Shown: positions 23,026-35,031 of the stretch, piece after piece | Layout of the letters: every line of letters begins with the position of its first letter | Numbering within the stretch: the first letter of the stretch is position 1 | DNA from: Methanocaldococcus sp. 28A | GTDB lineage: Archaea > AGJL01 > Methanococci > Methanococcales > Methanocaldococcaceae | NCBI GenBank assembly: GCA_049852185.1 | Contig: CP187540.1 | Direction: 5' to 3' (one strand) | Length of the DNA stretch: 64,000 nucleotides | Position numbers and translations under genes: made by a program | Notes under the pieces: generated by a model | Seen by the model: only the letters and a program-made list of their open reading frames with translations | Database searches by the model: none | Told to the model about the DNA's origin: nothing

Positions 23026-23733
23026 ATGATACTATTGGTAAGTCCTATAGATGTTGAAGAAGCAAAAGAGGCTATAGCTGGAGGAGCAGATATCATAGAT
23101 GTAAAGAATCCAAAAGAGGGTTCTTTAGGAGCTAACTTTCCATGGATGATTAAGGCTATTAGAGAGGTTACTCCAAAAGATTTGTTAGTTAGTGCTACAG
23201 TTGGAGATGTTCCTTATAAGCCAGGGACAATTTCTTTAGCTGCAGTTGGAGCGGCTATAAGTGGAGCTGATTATATAAAAGTTGGATTGTATGGAGTTAA
23301 AAATTATTATCAGGCAGTTGAGTTAATGAAAAATGTTGTTAAAGCTGTTAAAGATATTGATGAAGATAAGATAGTTGTTGCTGCAGGATATGCTGATGCT
23401 TATAGAGTAGGTGCTGTTGAACCTCTTATTATTCCAAAAATTGCAAGAGATGCTGGATGCGATGTTGCTATGCTTGACACAGCAATAAAAGATGGAAAAA
23501 CATTGTTTGATTTCCAAAGTAAAGAAATTTTAGCAGAGTTTGTTGAAGAAGCTCATGATTATGGATTAAAGTGTGCTTTAGCAGGTTCAATAAAAAAAGA
23601 ACACATACCAATATTAAAAGAGATAGGAACTGATATAGTAGGTGTTAGAGGAGCGGCTTGTAAAGGAGGAGACAGAAATAATGGTAGAATAGACAGAGAG
23701 TTAGTTAGAGAATTGAAAGAACTTTGTAAATAA
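23026..23733 (+). CDS. mfnB: (5-formylfuran-3-yl)methyl phosphate synthase, methanofuran biosynthesis
   Basis: [35 protein letters not shown]. Confidence 0.92.
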   Translation: MILLVSPIDVEEAKEAIAGGADIIDVKNPKEGSLGANFPWMIKAIREVTPKDLLVSATVGDVPYKPGTISLAAVGAAISGADYIKVGLYGVKNYYQAVELMKNVVKAVKDIDEDKIVVAAGYADAYRVGAVEPLIIPKIARDAGCDVAMLDTAIKDGKTLFDFQSKEILAEFVEEAHDYGLKCALAGSIKKEHIPILKEIGTDIVGVRGAACKGGDRNNGRIDRELVRELKELCK

Positions 23734-23762
23734 ATATTTTTTTATTAATATTTTATTTTCTT

Positions 23763-23834
23763 GCCCCGGTGGGGTAGCGGATATCCTTTGACACTGCGGA
23801 TGTCAAGACCCGGGTTCGAATCCCGGCCGGGGCA
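23763..23834 (+). tRNA. tRNA-Arg(GCG)
   Basis: GCCCCGG/CCGGGGC acceptor, anticodon arm TGACA-CTGCGGA-TGTCA, TTCGAAT T-loop, A20; no encoded CCA. Confidence 0.9.
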
Positions 23835-23845
23835 TATTTTTTATT

Positions 23846-23953
23846 CCATAGGGGGAAACCCCACGTCCAAGGGGCAATTAATGTCCATTATGAGGCATTG
23901 CTTCCTAAAGGAAGCAATGCATCCGTTTTGATGAAACTTTTTCTAAAAGTTTC
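23846..23953. repeat. Hairpin repeat family C, copy 1
   Basis: GGGGAAACCCC; GCATTGCTTCC-TAAA-GGAAGCAATGC followed by ATCC; TGAAACTTT...AAAGTTTCA. Confidence 0.55.
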
Positions 23954-23963
23954 AGGTGAAAAT

Positions 23964-25271
23964 ATGTTTTTGGGCAATGATACAGTAGAGATAAAGGATG
24001 GAAGATTCTTTATAGATGGTTATGATGCTATAGAATTGGCTAAGAAGTTTGGAACTCCTTTATATGTAATGTCAGAGGAGCAAATAAAGATAAACTATAA
24101 CAAATATATTGAAGCTTTCAAAAGATGGAAAGAAGAGACAGGAAAGGAGTTTATTATTGCCTATGCATATAAAGCAAATGCAAACTTGGCAATTACAAGA
24201 TTGTTAGCTAAGCTTGGTTGTGGGGCAGATGTTGTTAGTGGAGGAGAGCTATATATAGCAAAGTTGTCAAATGTACCTTCAGAAAAAATTGTTTTCAATG
24301 GAAACTGTAAAACAAAAGAAGAGATTATAATGGGAATTGAAGCAAATATAAGGGCTTTTAATGTTGATAGCATTAGTGAGTTAATTTTAATTAATAAGAC
24401 AGCAAAAGAGCTTGGAGAAGTGGCAAATGTAGCTTTCAGAATAAACCCGAACGTTAATCCAAAAACACATCCAAAGATTTCAACAGGTTTAAAGAAGAAT
24501 AAGTTTGGTTTAGATGTTGAGAGTGGTTTGGCTTTGAAGGCAATAAAAATGGCTTTAGAGATGGAGAATGTAAATGTTGTAGGAGTTCATTGCCATATTG
24601 GTTCTCAATTAACAGATGTAAGTCCATTTGTTGAAGAAACAAGAAAAGTTATGGATTTTGTTGTTGAGTTGAAGAAAGAAGGTATTGAGATTGAGGATGT
24701 TAATTTAGGAGGAGGTTTAGGAATCCCTTATGAAAAAGATAAAGAAATCCCTACCCAAAAAGATTTGGCTGATGCAATAATAAACACTATGTTAGAATAT
24801 AAGGATAAAGTAGAGATGCCAAACCTCATCTTAGAACCTGGTAGAAGTTTGGTAGCTACTGCTGGTTATTTGTTGGGGAAGGTTCACCATGTAAAAGAAA
24901 CACCAATAACAAAATGGGTTATGATTGATGCAGGAATGAACGATATGATGAGACCTGCTATGTATGAAGCATATCATCACATAATAAACTGCAAAGTTAA
25001 GGATAAAAAAGAAAAGGTAAGTGTTGCAGGAGGACTTTGTGAGAGTAGTGATGTCTTTGGTAGAGATAGAGAACTTGACAAAGTAGAGGTTGGAGATATA
25101 TTGGCTATATTTGATGTTGGTGCATATGGAATAAGTATGGCTAACAATTACAACGCAAGAGGAAGGCCAAGAATGATTTTAACAAGTAAGAAGGGTGTGT
25201 TCTTAATTAGAGAAAAAGAGACATACGCTGATTTAATTGCTAAGGATATAATTCCTCCTCATTTGTTGTAA
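23964..25271 (+). CDS. lysA: Diaminopimelate decarboxylase
   Basis: YAYKAN, HCHIGSQ, EPGRSL, CESSD, GAYG; start after AGGTGA RBS. Confidence 0.96.
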   Translation: MFLGNDTVEIKDGRFFIDGYDAIELAKKFGTPLYVMSEEQIKINYNKYIEAFKRWKEETGKEFIIAYAYKANANLAITRLLAKLGCGADVVSGGELYIAKLSNVPSEKIVFNGNCKTKEEIIMGIEANIRAFNVDSISELILINKTAKELGEVANVAFRINPNVNPKTHPKISTGLKKNKFGLDVESGLALKAIKMALEMENVNVVGVHCHIGSQLTDVSPFVEETRKVMDFVVELKKEGIEIEDVNLGGGLGIPYEKDKEIPTQKDLADAIINTMLEYKDKVEMPNLILEPGRSLVATAGYLLGKVHHVKETPITKWVMIDAGMNDMMRPAMYEAYHHIINCKVKDKKEKVSVAGGLCESSDVFGRDRELDKVEVGDILAIFDVGAYGISMANNYNARGRPRMILTSKKGVFLIREKETYADLIAKDIIPPHLL

Positions 25272-25493
25272 ATACATTCTTCAATTTTATTTTTATTTAT
25301 TCTTTTATTTTTTAAATTAAATATTTGTTGGTAGAAATAAAGATATTATAAAATATAAAAAGGATTGGAATACACATTGAATAATTGTTTTAAGCAACAA
25401 CTCTTATGTAGAATTATCAGCCAAAAATATGAGTATTGAAGAAATCATCAAGATATAGTAGTGTGCAAAATAAAATAAAATTTTGGTGAGAGA

Positions 25494-26519
25494 ATGAAAG
25501 AAGTGGCTATAATTGGAGCTACGGGATATACAGGGGCTGAGTTGTTAAGATTATTAGCAAATCATGAAAAAGTTAATGTAACATATATAACCTCAAGAAA
25601 AGAAGATGGAAATCATGTTTTTAAAGTTCATCCACATTTAAAAGGTATTGAAAAATATAAAGATTTGTATTTCACTGGAGATATTGATAAGGTTGAAGCA
25701 GATTTAATATTTACTGCAACACCACACGGAGCTTCAATGGACATAGTTCCAGATTTTATTGAGAAAGGAATGAAAGTTATAGATTTAAGTGGAGATTACA
25801 GATTTGAAGATTTAAGTTTGTATGAAAAATATTATAAAATAAAACATAAAGGATTGCCAGATGTAAAAATTGCTTATGGATTGCCAGAGTTGCATAGAGA
25901 GGATATAAAAAAAGCTCAACTTGTAGCAAATCCTGGATGTTTTCCTACTGGAGCTATTTTAGCAGTAGCACCATTAGTTAAAGATGGTATTATAGAGGAA
26001 AGAATTATATTTGACTCAAAAACTGGAGTTAGTGGAGCTGGAATAAATCCTACAGAAACTACTCACTTCCCAAATGTAAATGAGAACATAAATCCTTACA
26101 AAATAACTACTCACAGACACACTCCAGAGATTGAAAAAGAATTAAAAAAACTTGGAAAGGCTAAGGTTTCATTCACTCCACACTTAGCTCCAATAACAAG
26201 AGGAATTTTAACAACTGCACATACATTTTTAGCTAAGGATGTTGATAGGGAAGAGATAATTAAACTCTATGAAAAATATTATGATAATGAGATTTTTGTT
26301 AGAGTATTTTCAGATGAGATTCCAAAATTAACATGGGTTAGAGGAACAAACTTCTGTGATATTGGAGGGTTTGAGATAGATGAACATGGTAGATTGGTTG
26401 TTATCTCAGCAATAGATAATTTGGTTAAAGGGGCGAGTGGGCAGGCAATACAAAACATGAATATAATGTTTGGATTTGATGAAAAAGAAGGGTTATTTGG
26501 AATTGGATTATATCCATGA
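25494..26519 (+). CDS. argC: N-acetyl-gamma-glutamyl-phosphate reductase
   Basis: [32 protein letters not shown]. Confidence 0.96.
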   Translation: MKEVAIIGATGYTGAELLRLLANHEKVNVTYITSRKEDGNHVFKVHPHLKGIEKYKDLYFTGDIDKVEADLIFTATPHGASMDIVPDFIEKGMKVIDLSGDYRFEDLSLYEKYYKIKHKGLPDVKIAYGLPELHREDIKKAQLVANPGCFPTGAILAVAPLVKDGIIEERIIFDSKTGVSGAGINPTETTHFPNVNENINPYKITTHRHTPEIEKELKKLGKAKVSFTPHLAPITRGILTTAHTFLAKDVDREEIIKLYEKYYDNEIFVRVFSDEIPKLTWVRGTNFCDIGGFEIDEHGRLVVISAIDNLVKGASGQAIQNMNIMFGFDEKEGLFGIGLYP

Positions 26520-26552
26520 GTTTATCTTTTTATTTTTTATAGAGGTGATTGT

Positions 26553-27224
26553 ATGAAAGTTGCTGTTTTGTATTCTGGAGGAAAAGATTCAAACTATGCT
26601 TTATATTGGGCATTAAAAGAAGGTTTTGATGTAAAATATCTTGTGAATGTTGAGAGTGAAAATAAAGAAAGTTATATGTTCCATATCCCAAATGTGCATT
26701 TAACTGAGTTGAGTGCCGAAGCTGTAGGCATTCCTTTAATAAAACTATATACAAAAGGAGAAAAAGAAAAAGAAGTAGAAGATTTAAAAAAAGGACTTAA
26801 AAAATTAGATGTTGAGGGTGTTGTTACTGGAGCAATAGCAAGTGTTTATCAAAAATCAAGAATTGATAGAGTTTGTGAGGAACTTGGGTTAAAATCTTTT
26901 TCTCCATTATGGCACAAAGACCCTGAATGGATTTTAAGAACTGTGAGTGAGCTTTTTGATGTTAGAATTGTTGGAGTTTATGCTTATGGGTTAGGTAAAG
27001 AATGGTTAGGAAAGAGAATAACAAAAGAAAATATTGATAGATTATTAAATATTTGCGAAAAGTATGGAATACATAAGGCATTTGAAGGAGGAGAAGCTGA
27101 GACTTTTGTTTTTGATTCTCCTGTTTTTAAAAAAAGAATTGAGGTTTTAGAAGCAGAGATAGAATGGCATGAAACTTGGGGAATCTACCATATTAAGAAA
27201 GCAAAATTAGTTGATAAGGAATAA
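26553..27224 (+). CDS. Diphthine-ammonia ligase
   Basis: SGGKDS PP-loop, [14 protein letters not shown]. Confidence 0.9.
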   Translation: MKVAVLYSGGKDSNYALYWALKEGFDVKYLVNVESENKESYMFHIPNVHLTELSAEAVGIPLIKLYTKGEKEKEVEDLKKGLKKLDVEGVVTGAIASVYQKSRIDRVCEELGLKSFSPLWHKDPEWILRTVSELFDVRIVGVYAYGLGKEWLGKRITKENIDRLLNICEKYGIHKAFEGGEAETFVFDSPVFKKRIEVLEAEIEWHETWGIYHIKKAKLVDKE

Positions 27225-27233
27225 AGGGATATA

Positions 27234-28112
27234 ATGATTAGGATAGGAACAAGAGGTAGTAAGTTAGCATTATATCAAGCAAATAAGGTTGCTGAAAAAT
27301 TAAAGAATTTAGGGTATGAGGTAGAGATAAAGATAATTAAAACAACTGGAGATAAAATTTTGAATAAAAAACTTTCTGATATTGGTATTGGTGTCTTTAC
27401 AAAAGAATTGGATTTGGCTATGTTAAATAATGAGATAGATATAGCTGTTCATAGCTTAAAGGATATTCCAACTATCTGGAATGAAAACTTAATGGTTGGG
27501 GCAGTTTTGGAAAGAGATAGTTATTATGATTTGTTAATTTGGAATAAAGATATTGATTTTGATGAAAATAGCGAGATAGTTATAGGAACTTCAAGTTTAA
27601 GAAGAAGAGCTTTTTTAAAGTTTATTTATAAAAATGCAAAATTTGAACTGTTGAGGGGAAACGTAGATACAAGATTAAGAAAGCTTAAAGATGGGCTTTA
27701 TGATGCTATTGTTTTATCTGAAGCTGGAATAATTAGATTAGGGATTAATTTAGATGATTTTAACTATAAGAGGCTAAATATTCTTCCAGCTCCTGCTCAA
27801 GGGATTATAGCTGTTGCATGTAAAAGAGATGATAAAGAGATGAGAAATATTTTAAAAGAAATTAACCATGAAAAAACGTATTTAGAATCAACTTGTGAAA
27901 GAACGGCATTAAATGAATTTGGGGGAGGTTGTAGTGTTCCATTTGGAGCTTTAGCAATTTATGATGAAAAAAATAAAACATTAAAATTAAATGCAGGAGT
28001 TGTTATAAATGATGAGCTAAAAAAAGCTTTTGGAGAAATAAAATGTAAAATTGATGATGTTGATAAAGCCATAGAGCTTGGAAAAAAGATTGGAATTAAG
28101 TTGAAAAATTAA
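27234..28112 (+). CDS. hemC: Hydroxymethylbilane synthase
   Basis: GTRGSKLAL, VHSLKD, GTSSLRR, RGNVDTRL, GGCSVP. Confidence 0.96.
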   Translation: MIRIGTRGSKLALYQANKVAEKLKNLGYEVEIKIIKTTGDKILNKKLSDIGIGVFTKELDLAMLNNEIDIAVHSLKDIPTIWNENLMVGAVLERDSYYDLLIWNKDIDFDENSEIVIGTSSLRRRAFLKFIYKNAKFELLRGNVDTRLRKLKDGLYDAIVLSEAGIIRLGINLDDFNYKRLNILPAPAQGIIAVACKRDDKEMRNILKEINHEKTYLESTCERTALNEFGGGCSVPFGALAIYDEKNKTLKLNAGVVINDELKKAFGEIKCKIDDVDKAIELGKKIGIKLKN

Positions 28113-28122
28113 TTTTAAATTT

Positions 28123-28500
28123 TTAATTTTTATTTTTATATTTTTCTATAAAAATTTTTAATCTCTCCAAAACTTCATCAGACATTGCATGCTCTAGCTT
28201 ACACGCCTCTTCAGATGCAGTTTTTTCATCTAAACCTAAAAACTCTACTAAAAATATTTTAATAGTTTTATGTTTATCTAATATTTTTTTAGCTTTTTCT
28301 ATACCTTTTTCTGTTAAAGATAGTCCAATATATGGCTCATAGTTTATATATCCTAATTTATGCAACTTTTTTGCCATGTTTGTAACTGCTGATGGTTTTA
28401 TATTTAATAATTTAGCTAATTCAGTTGTTTTTATTGGTCTATTGTTTTCTTTTGTAAATAGATAAATCCTCTCTAAGTAATCTTCAATACTTTGTGACAT
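28123..28500 (-). CDS. DtxR/MntR-family metal-dependent repressor
   Basis: SIEDYLERIY, HTH, EEACKLEH; divergent from feoAB. Confidence 0.93.
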   Translation of the reverse strand: MSQSIEDYLERIYLFTKENNRPIKTTELAKLLNIKPSAVTNMAKKLHKLGYINYEPYIGLSLTEKGIEKAKKILDKHKTIKIFLVEFLGLDEKTASEEACKLEHAMSDEVLERLKIFIEKYKNKN

Positions 28501-28533
28501 GATGCCACCGAAAGGTTTTTATACTCTGCATGT

Positions 28534-28578
28534 AATTATTTAACTACAGTTAAAAGTTTTAATTATAGTTAAATAATT
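28534..28578. promoter_or_regulatory. Candidate tandem operator for the DtxR-family regulator
   Basis: TTTAACTACAGTTAAA (28539-28554) and TTTAATTATAGTTAAA (28558-28573), together forming a 20/22 inverted repeat. Confidence 0.55.
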
Positions 28579-28596
28579 TAATCATATATAAATATT

Positions 28597-28827
28597 GTGG
28601 TGGTTATGTATCCATTGGCTTTTGCTAAAGAGGGAGAGGAAGTTATTATAAAGAGTATTAACGCTGGATGTGGAGCTATGCAGAGATTGGCAAGTATGGG
28701 GATAAATATAGGGAGTAGAATAAAAGTTATAAGAAATCAAAATGGACCTGTAATTGTGTCAGCAAGAGGATGTAATATTGCAATAGGAAAGGGATTAGCA
28801 ATGAGAATAATTGTTGAAAGGGCGTAA
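28597..28827 (+). CDS. feoA: Ferrous iron transport protein A
   Basis: RLASMGINIG, GPVIV, IAIGKGLA. Confidence 0.92.
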   Translation: MVVMYPLAFAKEGEEVIIKSINAGCGAMQRLASMGINIGSRIKVIRNQNGPVIVSARGCNIAIGKGLAMRIIVERA

Positions 28828-28904
28828 AAGTTTTGAAAAATGTTTTACAAAAAATTATAAGACAACTATAATTAGTTTATTTAGTTTATAATGTTATTTA
28901 CCAA

Positions 28905-30944
28905 ATGGTGGAGAAAATGGATAATAAATATAAAATAGCATTGATTGGTAATCCAAATGTTGGTAAATCTACACTATTTAATGTCCTAACTGGGGAAAAC
29001 GTCTATATAGGAAATTGGCCGGGTGTTACAGTAGAAAAAAAAGAAGGGGAATTTGAATTTAATGGAGAGAAATTTAAAGTGGTTGATTTGCCTGGTGTTT
29101 ATAGTTTAACGGCTAATTCTATTGATGAAGTTGTTGCAAGGGATTACATAATAAATGAAAAACCTGACTTAGTTGTTAATATTGTTGATGCCACCGCCTT
29201 AGAGAGAAATTTATATTTAACTTTGCAATTAATGGAGATGGGGGCTAATTTATTATTAGCTTTAAATAAAATGGATTTAGCAAAGAGTTTGGGAATAGAG
29301 ATTGATGTGAATAAATTAGAAAAGATTTTAGGGGTTAAAGTAGTTCCATTGTCTGCAGTAAAAAAGAAGGGTATTGATGAATTAAAAAAGGCGATATTTG
29401 AAGCAGTTAATAATAAAAATAAAAAATCATCAGATATTATTAAATATCCACACTTTGAGTCATATATTAAGAAGATTGTATCAATTTTACAGAAAGATGA
29501 AAATTTAAAGAAATATAATTTAAGATACTTGGCTATAAAGTTACTTGAAAAAGATAATTATGTAGAAGAGATTGTAAAAAATAGCAAAGTTTGGAATGAA
29601 TTAAATCCAGTTTTAGATAATATATTAAAAGAATTATCCAAAAAATATGGGGAGGCAGAGTTAGGAATAGTTGAAGAGAGGTATAAAGTTATTGATAAAA
29701 TTGTTAAAGAAGTTGTTAAAAAGAAATCTGGTAAATTAACAACTACACAAATGCTTGATGATGTTTTAACTGATGAAAAAATAGGAACTTTATTGATGAT
29801 TCCATTTTTATGGATGTTATTTAAATTTACATTTGATGTTTCTGCTCCATTTTCAGCTATGATAGAGCATATCTTTGGATTTTTGGCAGAGGTCGTGAAA
29901 TCATCTATATCTAATAAATTAATAGCTTCATTATTAGCAGATGGTATTATATCAGGGGTTGGGGCGGTTTTAGTATTTTTTCCAATATTAGCATTTTTGT
30001 TCTTTGCTTTGTCTTTCTTAGAAGATAGTGGATATATGGCAAGAATTCCATTTATAGCAGATAGAGTTATGAATAAATTTGGTTTGCCAGGGAAAGCAGT
30101 AATTCCATTAGTTATGGGTTTTGGTTGTAATGTTCCAGCAATAATGGCTGCAAGAACTATAGAAGATGAGAAAGATAGAATTCTAACTATATTAATAAAT
30201 CCATTAATATCCTGCTCTGCAAGATTACCTATCTATGCATTATTTGCTGGAGCATTGTTTTCAAAATATCAGGGAATTGTGATTATAAGCATGTATGCTC
30301 TTGGGTTAGTTTTAGCTTTAATCACAGCAGTTATATTTAGAAATTTTGTATTTAAAACCTCTCCTTCATACTTAATTGTTGAACTACCTCCCTACCATAT
30401 CCCACATTTAAATATAGTCCTGAAAAATACTTGGGAGAGAGTTTATGACTTTTTAAGAAAGGCAGGAACTATAATAATCTTTGGAGTTATGTTAGTTTGG
30501 TTTCTCTCCATTTATGGACCTTCAGGATACTTAGGTGTGGAAGCTTTAGAGAATCCTCAAATAATAGCTAATTCATATGTTGCATTAATTGGAAAAACTT
30601 TAGCTCCAATATTTAGTCCAATGGGTTGGGATTGGAAAGCATGCTCTGCTTTGGTGTTTGGAATTATAGCTAAAGAGGTAGTAGTTGGAACTTTGGCTAT
30701 GTTATATGGGGCTGGAAAGGAAAATTTAACTCATATTATTGTAAATGCCTTCACACCAATTTCTGCCTTGTCATTTATGGCATTCTCTTCACTATACCTC
30801 CCATGTATAGCAACATTGGCTGTAATTAAACAGGAACTTGGTTGGAAATGGGCATTATTTACTGTTGTTTATGGAATATCATTGGCTTATATTGTAGCTT
30901 TAATAATCTCGGTCGTTGGGATGGGACTTTTGCAATTTATATAA
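28905..30944 (+). CDS. feoB: Ferrous iron transport protein B
   Basis: GNPNVGKS, GNWPGVTV, DLPG, NKMD, LEDSGYMAR, GFGCNVP. Confidence 0.97.
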   Translation: MVEKMDNKYKIALIGNPNVGKSTLFNVLTGENVYIGNWPGVTVEKKEGEFEFNGEKFKVVDLPGVYSLTANSIDEVVARDYIINEKPDLVVNIVDATALERNLYLTLQLMEMGANLLLALNKMDLAKSLGIEIDVNKLEKILGVKVVPLSAVKKKGIDELKKAIFEAVNNKNKKSSDIIKYPHFESYIKKIVSILQKDENLKKYNLRYLAIKLLEKDNYVEEIVKNSKVWNELNPVLDNILKELSKKYGEAELGIVEERYKVIDKIVKEVVKKKSGKLTTTQMLDDVLTDEKIGTLLMIPFLWMLFKFTFDVSAPFSAMIEHIFGFLAEVVKSSISNKLIASLLADGIISGVGAVLVFFPILAFLFFALSFLEDSGYMARIPFIADRVMNKFGLPGKAVIPLVMGFGCNVPAIMAARTIEDEKDRILTILINPLISCSARLPIYALFAGALFSKYQGIVIISMYALGLVLALITAVIFRNFVFKTSPSYLIVELPPYHIPHLNIVLKNTWERVYDFLRKAGTIIIFGVMLVWFLSIYGPSGYLGVEALENPQIIANSYVALIGKTLAPIFSPMGWDWKACSALVFGIIAKEVVVGTLAMLYGAGKENLTHIIVNAFTPISALSFMAFSSLYLPCIATLAVIKQELGWKWALFTVVYGISLAYIVALIISVVGMGLLQFI

Positions 30945-31020
30945 AATTTATAATATAGGCGGATGCCTTTAAATTCATTCCTGCGAAAGACCTTTGGAAA
31001 TCTATTATAGGTGATTAGTT

Positions 31021-31452
31021 ATGGATATAAAAAACATAAAGAATATTATAAGTTCTATATCTTTAGTATATGGAATTTTATTTTCAGTTTCTGGAATTAT
31101 TGAGATAATAATTGGGACTTATTCAATATTAGGAGTTAAGATAAATTTACCTTTATTTGTAGGGGATGTATTTGGTGGTTTGGCATTATTGGCTGTAGGG
31201 ATAACATACTTTTTGGGCGTAAAAAAAGCGATAGGTGAAGATATAAAGGCAGTTTCTTATTTATTTACTGCTTCAATCATTGGTTTGGGTATAGGAATAA
31301 TTGCTTTTTTACTTTTAATATCTAATGCTATTGGATATTTGTTAGGTTTTGAGGATTGGGCAGATTGGAGTGTTTTTAATGATTTAACCATATATTTGAT
31401 TTTAGGGGCGCTTGCAGTAATTCCATATAAAATTGTTAAAACATTATTATAA
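31021..31452 (+). CDS. Uncharacterized 4-TM membrane protein
   Basis: Four hydrophobic segments; AGGTGA RBS. Confidence 0.75.
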   Translation: MDIKNIKNIISSISLVYGILFSVSGIIEIIIGTYSILGVKINLPLFVGDVFGGLALLAVGITYFLGVKKAIGEDIKAVSYLFTASIIGLGIGIIAFLLLISNAIGYLLGFEDWADWSVFNDLTIYLILGALAVIPYKIVKTLL

Positions 31453-31456
31453 TTAT

Positions 31457-31855
31457 TTATTCAATAATCTCAATAGCTTTAAATGGACATGCTTTCATAC
31501 AATTTTTACAACCAACACACTCTTCCTCTTTAAACACTACATTATATTCTTCATCATCCATATATATTGCATTTATTGGACATTGAGTGATACAGCAACC
31601 ACAATGTACACACTTCTCTAAATCTCTTTTTATGACCTTAGAGATTTCTTCAACTTCTCCAAACTTTGATAAATAATCTAAAGCTTTCTCTATTGTTTCT
31701 TTATTTCCAAATAACTCTAATATTAAAAATGCTTCCTGTGGCTCTACCTTTGCCTTTAAAATGTTTATCTTAACTCCAGTATTCAATATAGTATCAGAAA
31801 TAACTGGCTCATTTATATGCTCTGAGGCAGTCCAGTAGTATATTCTCTTCTTCAT
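31457..31855 (-). CDS. NIL-domain ferredoxin, partner of aspartate-semialdehyde sulfurtransferase
   Basis: [11 protein letters not shown] motif; two CxxCxxCxxxCP. Confidence 0.88.
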   Translation of the reverse strand: MKKRIYYWTASEHINEPVISDTILNTGVKINILKAKVEPQEAFLILELFGNKETIEKALDYLSKFGEVEEISKVIKRDLEKCVHCGCCITQCPINAIYMDDEEYNVVFKEEECVGCKNCMKACPFKAIEIIE

Positions 31856-33381
31856 TTTTTCCCTCCGAATAATCTTGAGATATCTTCAGATGTTACAATA
31901 CCTACAACTCTTCTATAGTCATCAACCACAGGAACTCCTGAAATGTTGTTTTTGCTCATCTTTCTTGCTACATGGTCAACTGGTTCATCTTCATGAGCTG
32001 TTATTACATTCCTTGTCATTATTTCTTCAATTGTTTTCTTATTTTGAGCAAGAGCTTTAGCTATATCCCATGATGTAATAATTCCAACTAATCTTCCATA
32101 TTCATCAACAATTGGTAGGTGGTTTATGTTATGCATTATTAGAATCTTAGCAGCTTCCATAATGGATATATTGCTTTGAGCAGTTATTGGGGGCTTGCTT
32201 ATAATATCTTTGACTAATGTTATTGGTGATTTCATTGGCTTACATTCTGCTCTTCCTAAGGTATCAACTCTTTCTGTTAATAAGAACTTTCCATCTAAAA
32301 TCCACTGTTTGAGTGTTTCAGCAACTTCTCTTGCCATTTTATAGCTTGAGACAGAACCAGTTTTTACAGTTTTTTCTATCTCTTTTCCATCTATATTAAC
32401 TCTTAAAGTTATTTTTCCACTTCTTAATACTTTATAGTTTGTTTTTGCTATCAATGGTCTATCTCTTCTTGGAGTTCCATAGTCATAGATTGGAACTTCT
32501 ATGTCTTCATCTCTAATAGCACATCTTTCGGCTATCTTTTCATTCAAAACTGGAATTGGAATCCCTAAACCAACATATAATGTGCTTCCATACTTTGGCA
32601 TTGTAGCAGCTCTTATAAATTTAGGGTCCATCTGCTTTAAATCTCCTTTAACCATCAATGTTCCAAATGGTGGGTTGTGTTGTGTTCCCTCCCCAATAAC
32701 ATAACCAATTCCTCCTCCTAAGAAAATTCTTGTCCCAATACCTATTGTGTTAAATGATTTTGTTTCTGGATTATAGTCGTTTTGTAAAGGGTTGAGTTGC
32801 CCAGCTCCTGAGTAATGGACATTATTATATTCTGGAAGAAGGATTCCCATATAGGTATAGATTTTTTCATCTCTACTGTTTGTTGCAGCTGCGTAGGTTT
32901 GATAACTGTTTCTTGGATTTACCATAATTGCCTGATTAACGTCATTCAATGTTATCTTAACATTAACATCTTTTCTTGGATAACAATCTGTTGTGTAACC
33001 TTCAGCATAAAGTTCAACTTCTTTCCCTCTAACTAAATCCTCTATAACATGAGCTCCTCCATAATCAATATCTACATCAGGGTCTTCATTTGGCTGTGTA
33101 GCCCCTATATATGCATCGACAGCTGCTAAACCACCATAAGCCTCAACATTGTTTAAATAAATCTTTAACATCTTTATTGGTGGGTCAGAATGTCCAAAGT
33201 TTATAAATACACCTGATGAACACATAGCTCCAAATGTTCCTGTAGTTACAACATCAACATAATCAGCTGCTCTCTTAGCTCCCTCTTCTTCAACAATTTT
33301 TATCATTTCTTCAGCAGTTACAACAACAGCTTCTCCTTTTTTAATCTTTTCATTAATTTCCTGAATTGTCTTCATAATCAT
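31852..33381 (-). CDS. L-aspartate semialdehyde sulfurtransferase (DUF39 + CBS pair), homocysteine biosynthesis
   Basis: [30 protein letters not shown]; two CBS domains; adjacent NIL-ferredoxin. Confidence 0.88.
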   Translation of the reverse strand: MIMKTIQEINEKIKKGEAVVVTAEEMIKIVEEEGAKRAADYVDVVTTGTFGAMCSSGVFINFGHSDPPIKMLKIYLNNVEAYGGLAAVDAYIGATQPNEDPDVDIDYGGAHVIEDLVRGKEVELYAEGYTTDCYPRKDVNVKITLNDVNQAIMVNPRNSYQTYAAATNSRDEKIYTYMGILLPEYNNVHYSGAGQLNPLQNDYNPETKSFNTIGIGTRIFLGGGIGYVIGEGTQHNPPFGTLMVKGDLKQMDPKFIRAATMPKYGSTLYVGLGIPIPVLNEKIAERCAIRDEDIEVPIYDYGTPRRDRPLIAKTNYKVLRSGKITLRVNIDGKEIEKTVKTGSVSSYKMAREVAETLKQWILDGKFLLTERVDTLGRAECKPMKSPITLVKDIISKPPITAQSNISIMEAAKILIMHNINHLPIVDEYGRLVGIITSWDIAKALAQNKKTIEEIMTRNVITAHEDEPVDHVARKMSKNNISGVPVVDDYRRVVGIVTSEDISRLFGGKK

Positions 33382-33416
33382 AACCTCTAGTTAATTTTTG
33401 GGTAATAATGAATAAT

Positions 33417-33477
33417 ATTAGGCTTTTGCGGGAATAATCATTAAAATGTTAAATATATAAAGTGCAAAAGCTCTAAT
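33417..33477. repeat. Palindromic repeat family B, degenerate
   Basis: ATTAGGCTTTTGCG...ATATATAAAGTGCAAAAGCTCTAAT. Confidence 0.45.
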
Positions 33478-33580
33478 ATATAAAAAGACATATAAAAATT
33501 TTAAAGTTTTAAACTATTAAAAAATTAAAATTAAATCATCAATTATGATATATGATAATAGAAATAAAAAAGAAAATGTT

Positions 33581-34936
33581 TTAAGTATCTTTATACATTA
33601 ATTGTCTCAGTATTTGTCCTAACGGACCTCCAATTCTTAGCATTTTACCTTTTCTTAGCTTATCTATAGCATTTTTTGTAGTTTCATAGTATCTCAAAAC
33701 CTCTCTAACGTCATTTTCTGTAGTTCCAGAACCTCTTGCAATCCTCCTTATCCTTGAAGCTTTAATAATCTTTGGATTTTCTCTTTCTTCCTTAGTCATT
33801 GAGCTTATAATTACCTTATACTTCTTTATTTTTGCTTCAGTTAGATGAGAAAGTTCTTTAGGCATTGCTCCTCCAAAACCAGGAATCATACTTAAAATTT
33901 TTTTCATTGAACCCATGTTTTCAATAGCTTCTAATTGGGTCATCAATTCATTTAAGGTAAATTTTCCTCTCATTATTGCATCTATACTTTCCTCTGTTTT
34001 TTCATCAACCATATCTTCAGCTTTTTCTAATAAGCTATCCAAATCACCCATTCCTAACAATCTGGATATAAATTTTTTGGGGTCAAATGGTTCTAAATCA
34101 TCTATTCCTTCACCAATACCAATAAATTTTATAGGAGCTCCTGTTTCAGCAACTGCACTTAAAGCACCCCCTCCCTTAGCAGAACCATCTAACTTTGTAA
34201 CTATAATACTTCCAATCTCTCCAACAGCTTCTTTAAATGCTTTAGCTTGAATTCCTGCTTGTTGTCCAATAGTTCCATCTATAACTAAAATAATTTCATC
34301 TGGATTTGTTATCTCTTTAATTTGCTTCATCTCCTCTAATAAGCCTTTTTCCTCTTTGTGTCTTCCAGCAGTATCTATAATTAAAACATCTGCTTTCTTA
34401 AATTTCTCCAATCCTTCTTTAACAATCTCTAATGGAGATTTTGTTCTTGTCTCATCACCATACAATGGCACATGAATTTTTTCAGCTAACTGTTTTAATT
34501 GTTCATAAGCCGCAGGTCTATAAGTGTCAGCAGCAATTAAAGCAGGTTTTAATCCTCTTTTTTGAATATATCTTGCTAATTTTGCTGCTGTTGTTGTTTT
34601 CCCACTACCTTGAATTCCAACTAATAAAATAATATTTTGTTTTTTTGGATTTAGCTCCAATTTTTTTGCTTCCTCTCCTAACAACTTAACCAATTCTTCA
34701 TAAACAATCTTTATAATATGTTCTTTCTTAGATAATCCTTTTGGGGTTTTCTCTTCTAAAGCTCTTCTTTCTATCTCTTTACTCATCTTTAAAACTAATT
34801 TTACATTAACATCAGCTTGTATCAAAGCCCTTTGAATGTCTTTTATAACTTCCTTTATTAATTTTTTATCAACAAATGCAGCAGCTTTTAATTTATTTAA
34901 TGCTTTGTTTAAGCCTTCTCCTAATTTATCGAGCAT
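33581..34936 (-). CDS. srp54: Signal recognition particle 54 kDa protein
   Basis: [26 protein letters not shown] domain RIARGSG. Confidence 0.97.
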   Translation of the reverse strand: MLDKLGEGLNKALNKLKAAAFVDKKLIKEVIKDIQRALIQADVNVKLVLKMSKEIERRALEEKTPKGLSKKEHIIKIVYEELVKLLGEEAKKLELNPKKQNIILLVGIQGSGKTTTAAKLARYIQKRGLKPALIAADTYRPAAYEQLKQLAEKIHVPLYGDETRTKSPLEIVKEGLEKFKKADVLIIDTAGRHKEEKGLLEEMKQIKEITNPDEIILVIDGTIGQQAGIQAKAFKEAVGEIGSIIVTKLDGSAKGGGALSAVAETGAPIKFIGIGEGIDDLEPFDPKKFISRLLGMGDLDSLLEKAEDMVDEKTEESIDAIMRGKFTLNELMTQLEAIENMGSMKKILSMIPGFGGAMPKELSHLTEAKIKKYKVIISSMTKEERENPKIIKASRIRRIARGSGTTENDVREVLRYYETTKNAIDKLRKGKMLRIGGPLGQILRQLMYKDT

Positions 34937-35031
34937 AATATCACCAAGTTAAACTCTATATATGGCATAATAAGAAATAAAGATAAAATATTTATTCTTG
35001 CAAAAGTTATAATTAAATTAAAATATGCTGT

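Noticed and set aside
23898-23963. lysA N-terminal extension
   Set aside because: Lies in the hairpin repeat; the RBS supports ATG 23964.
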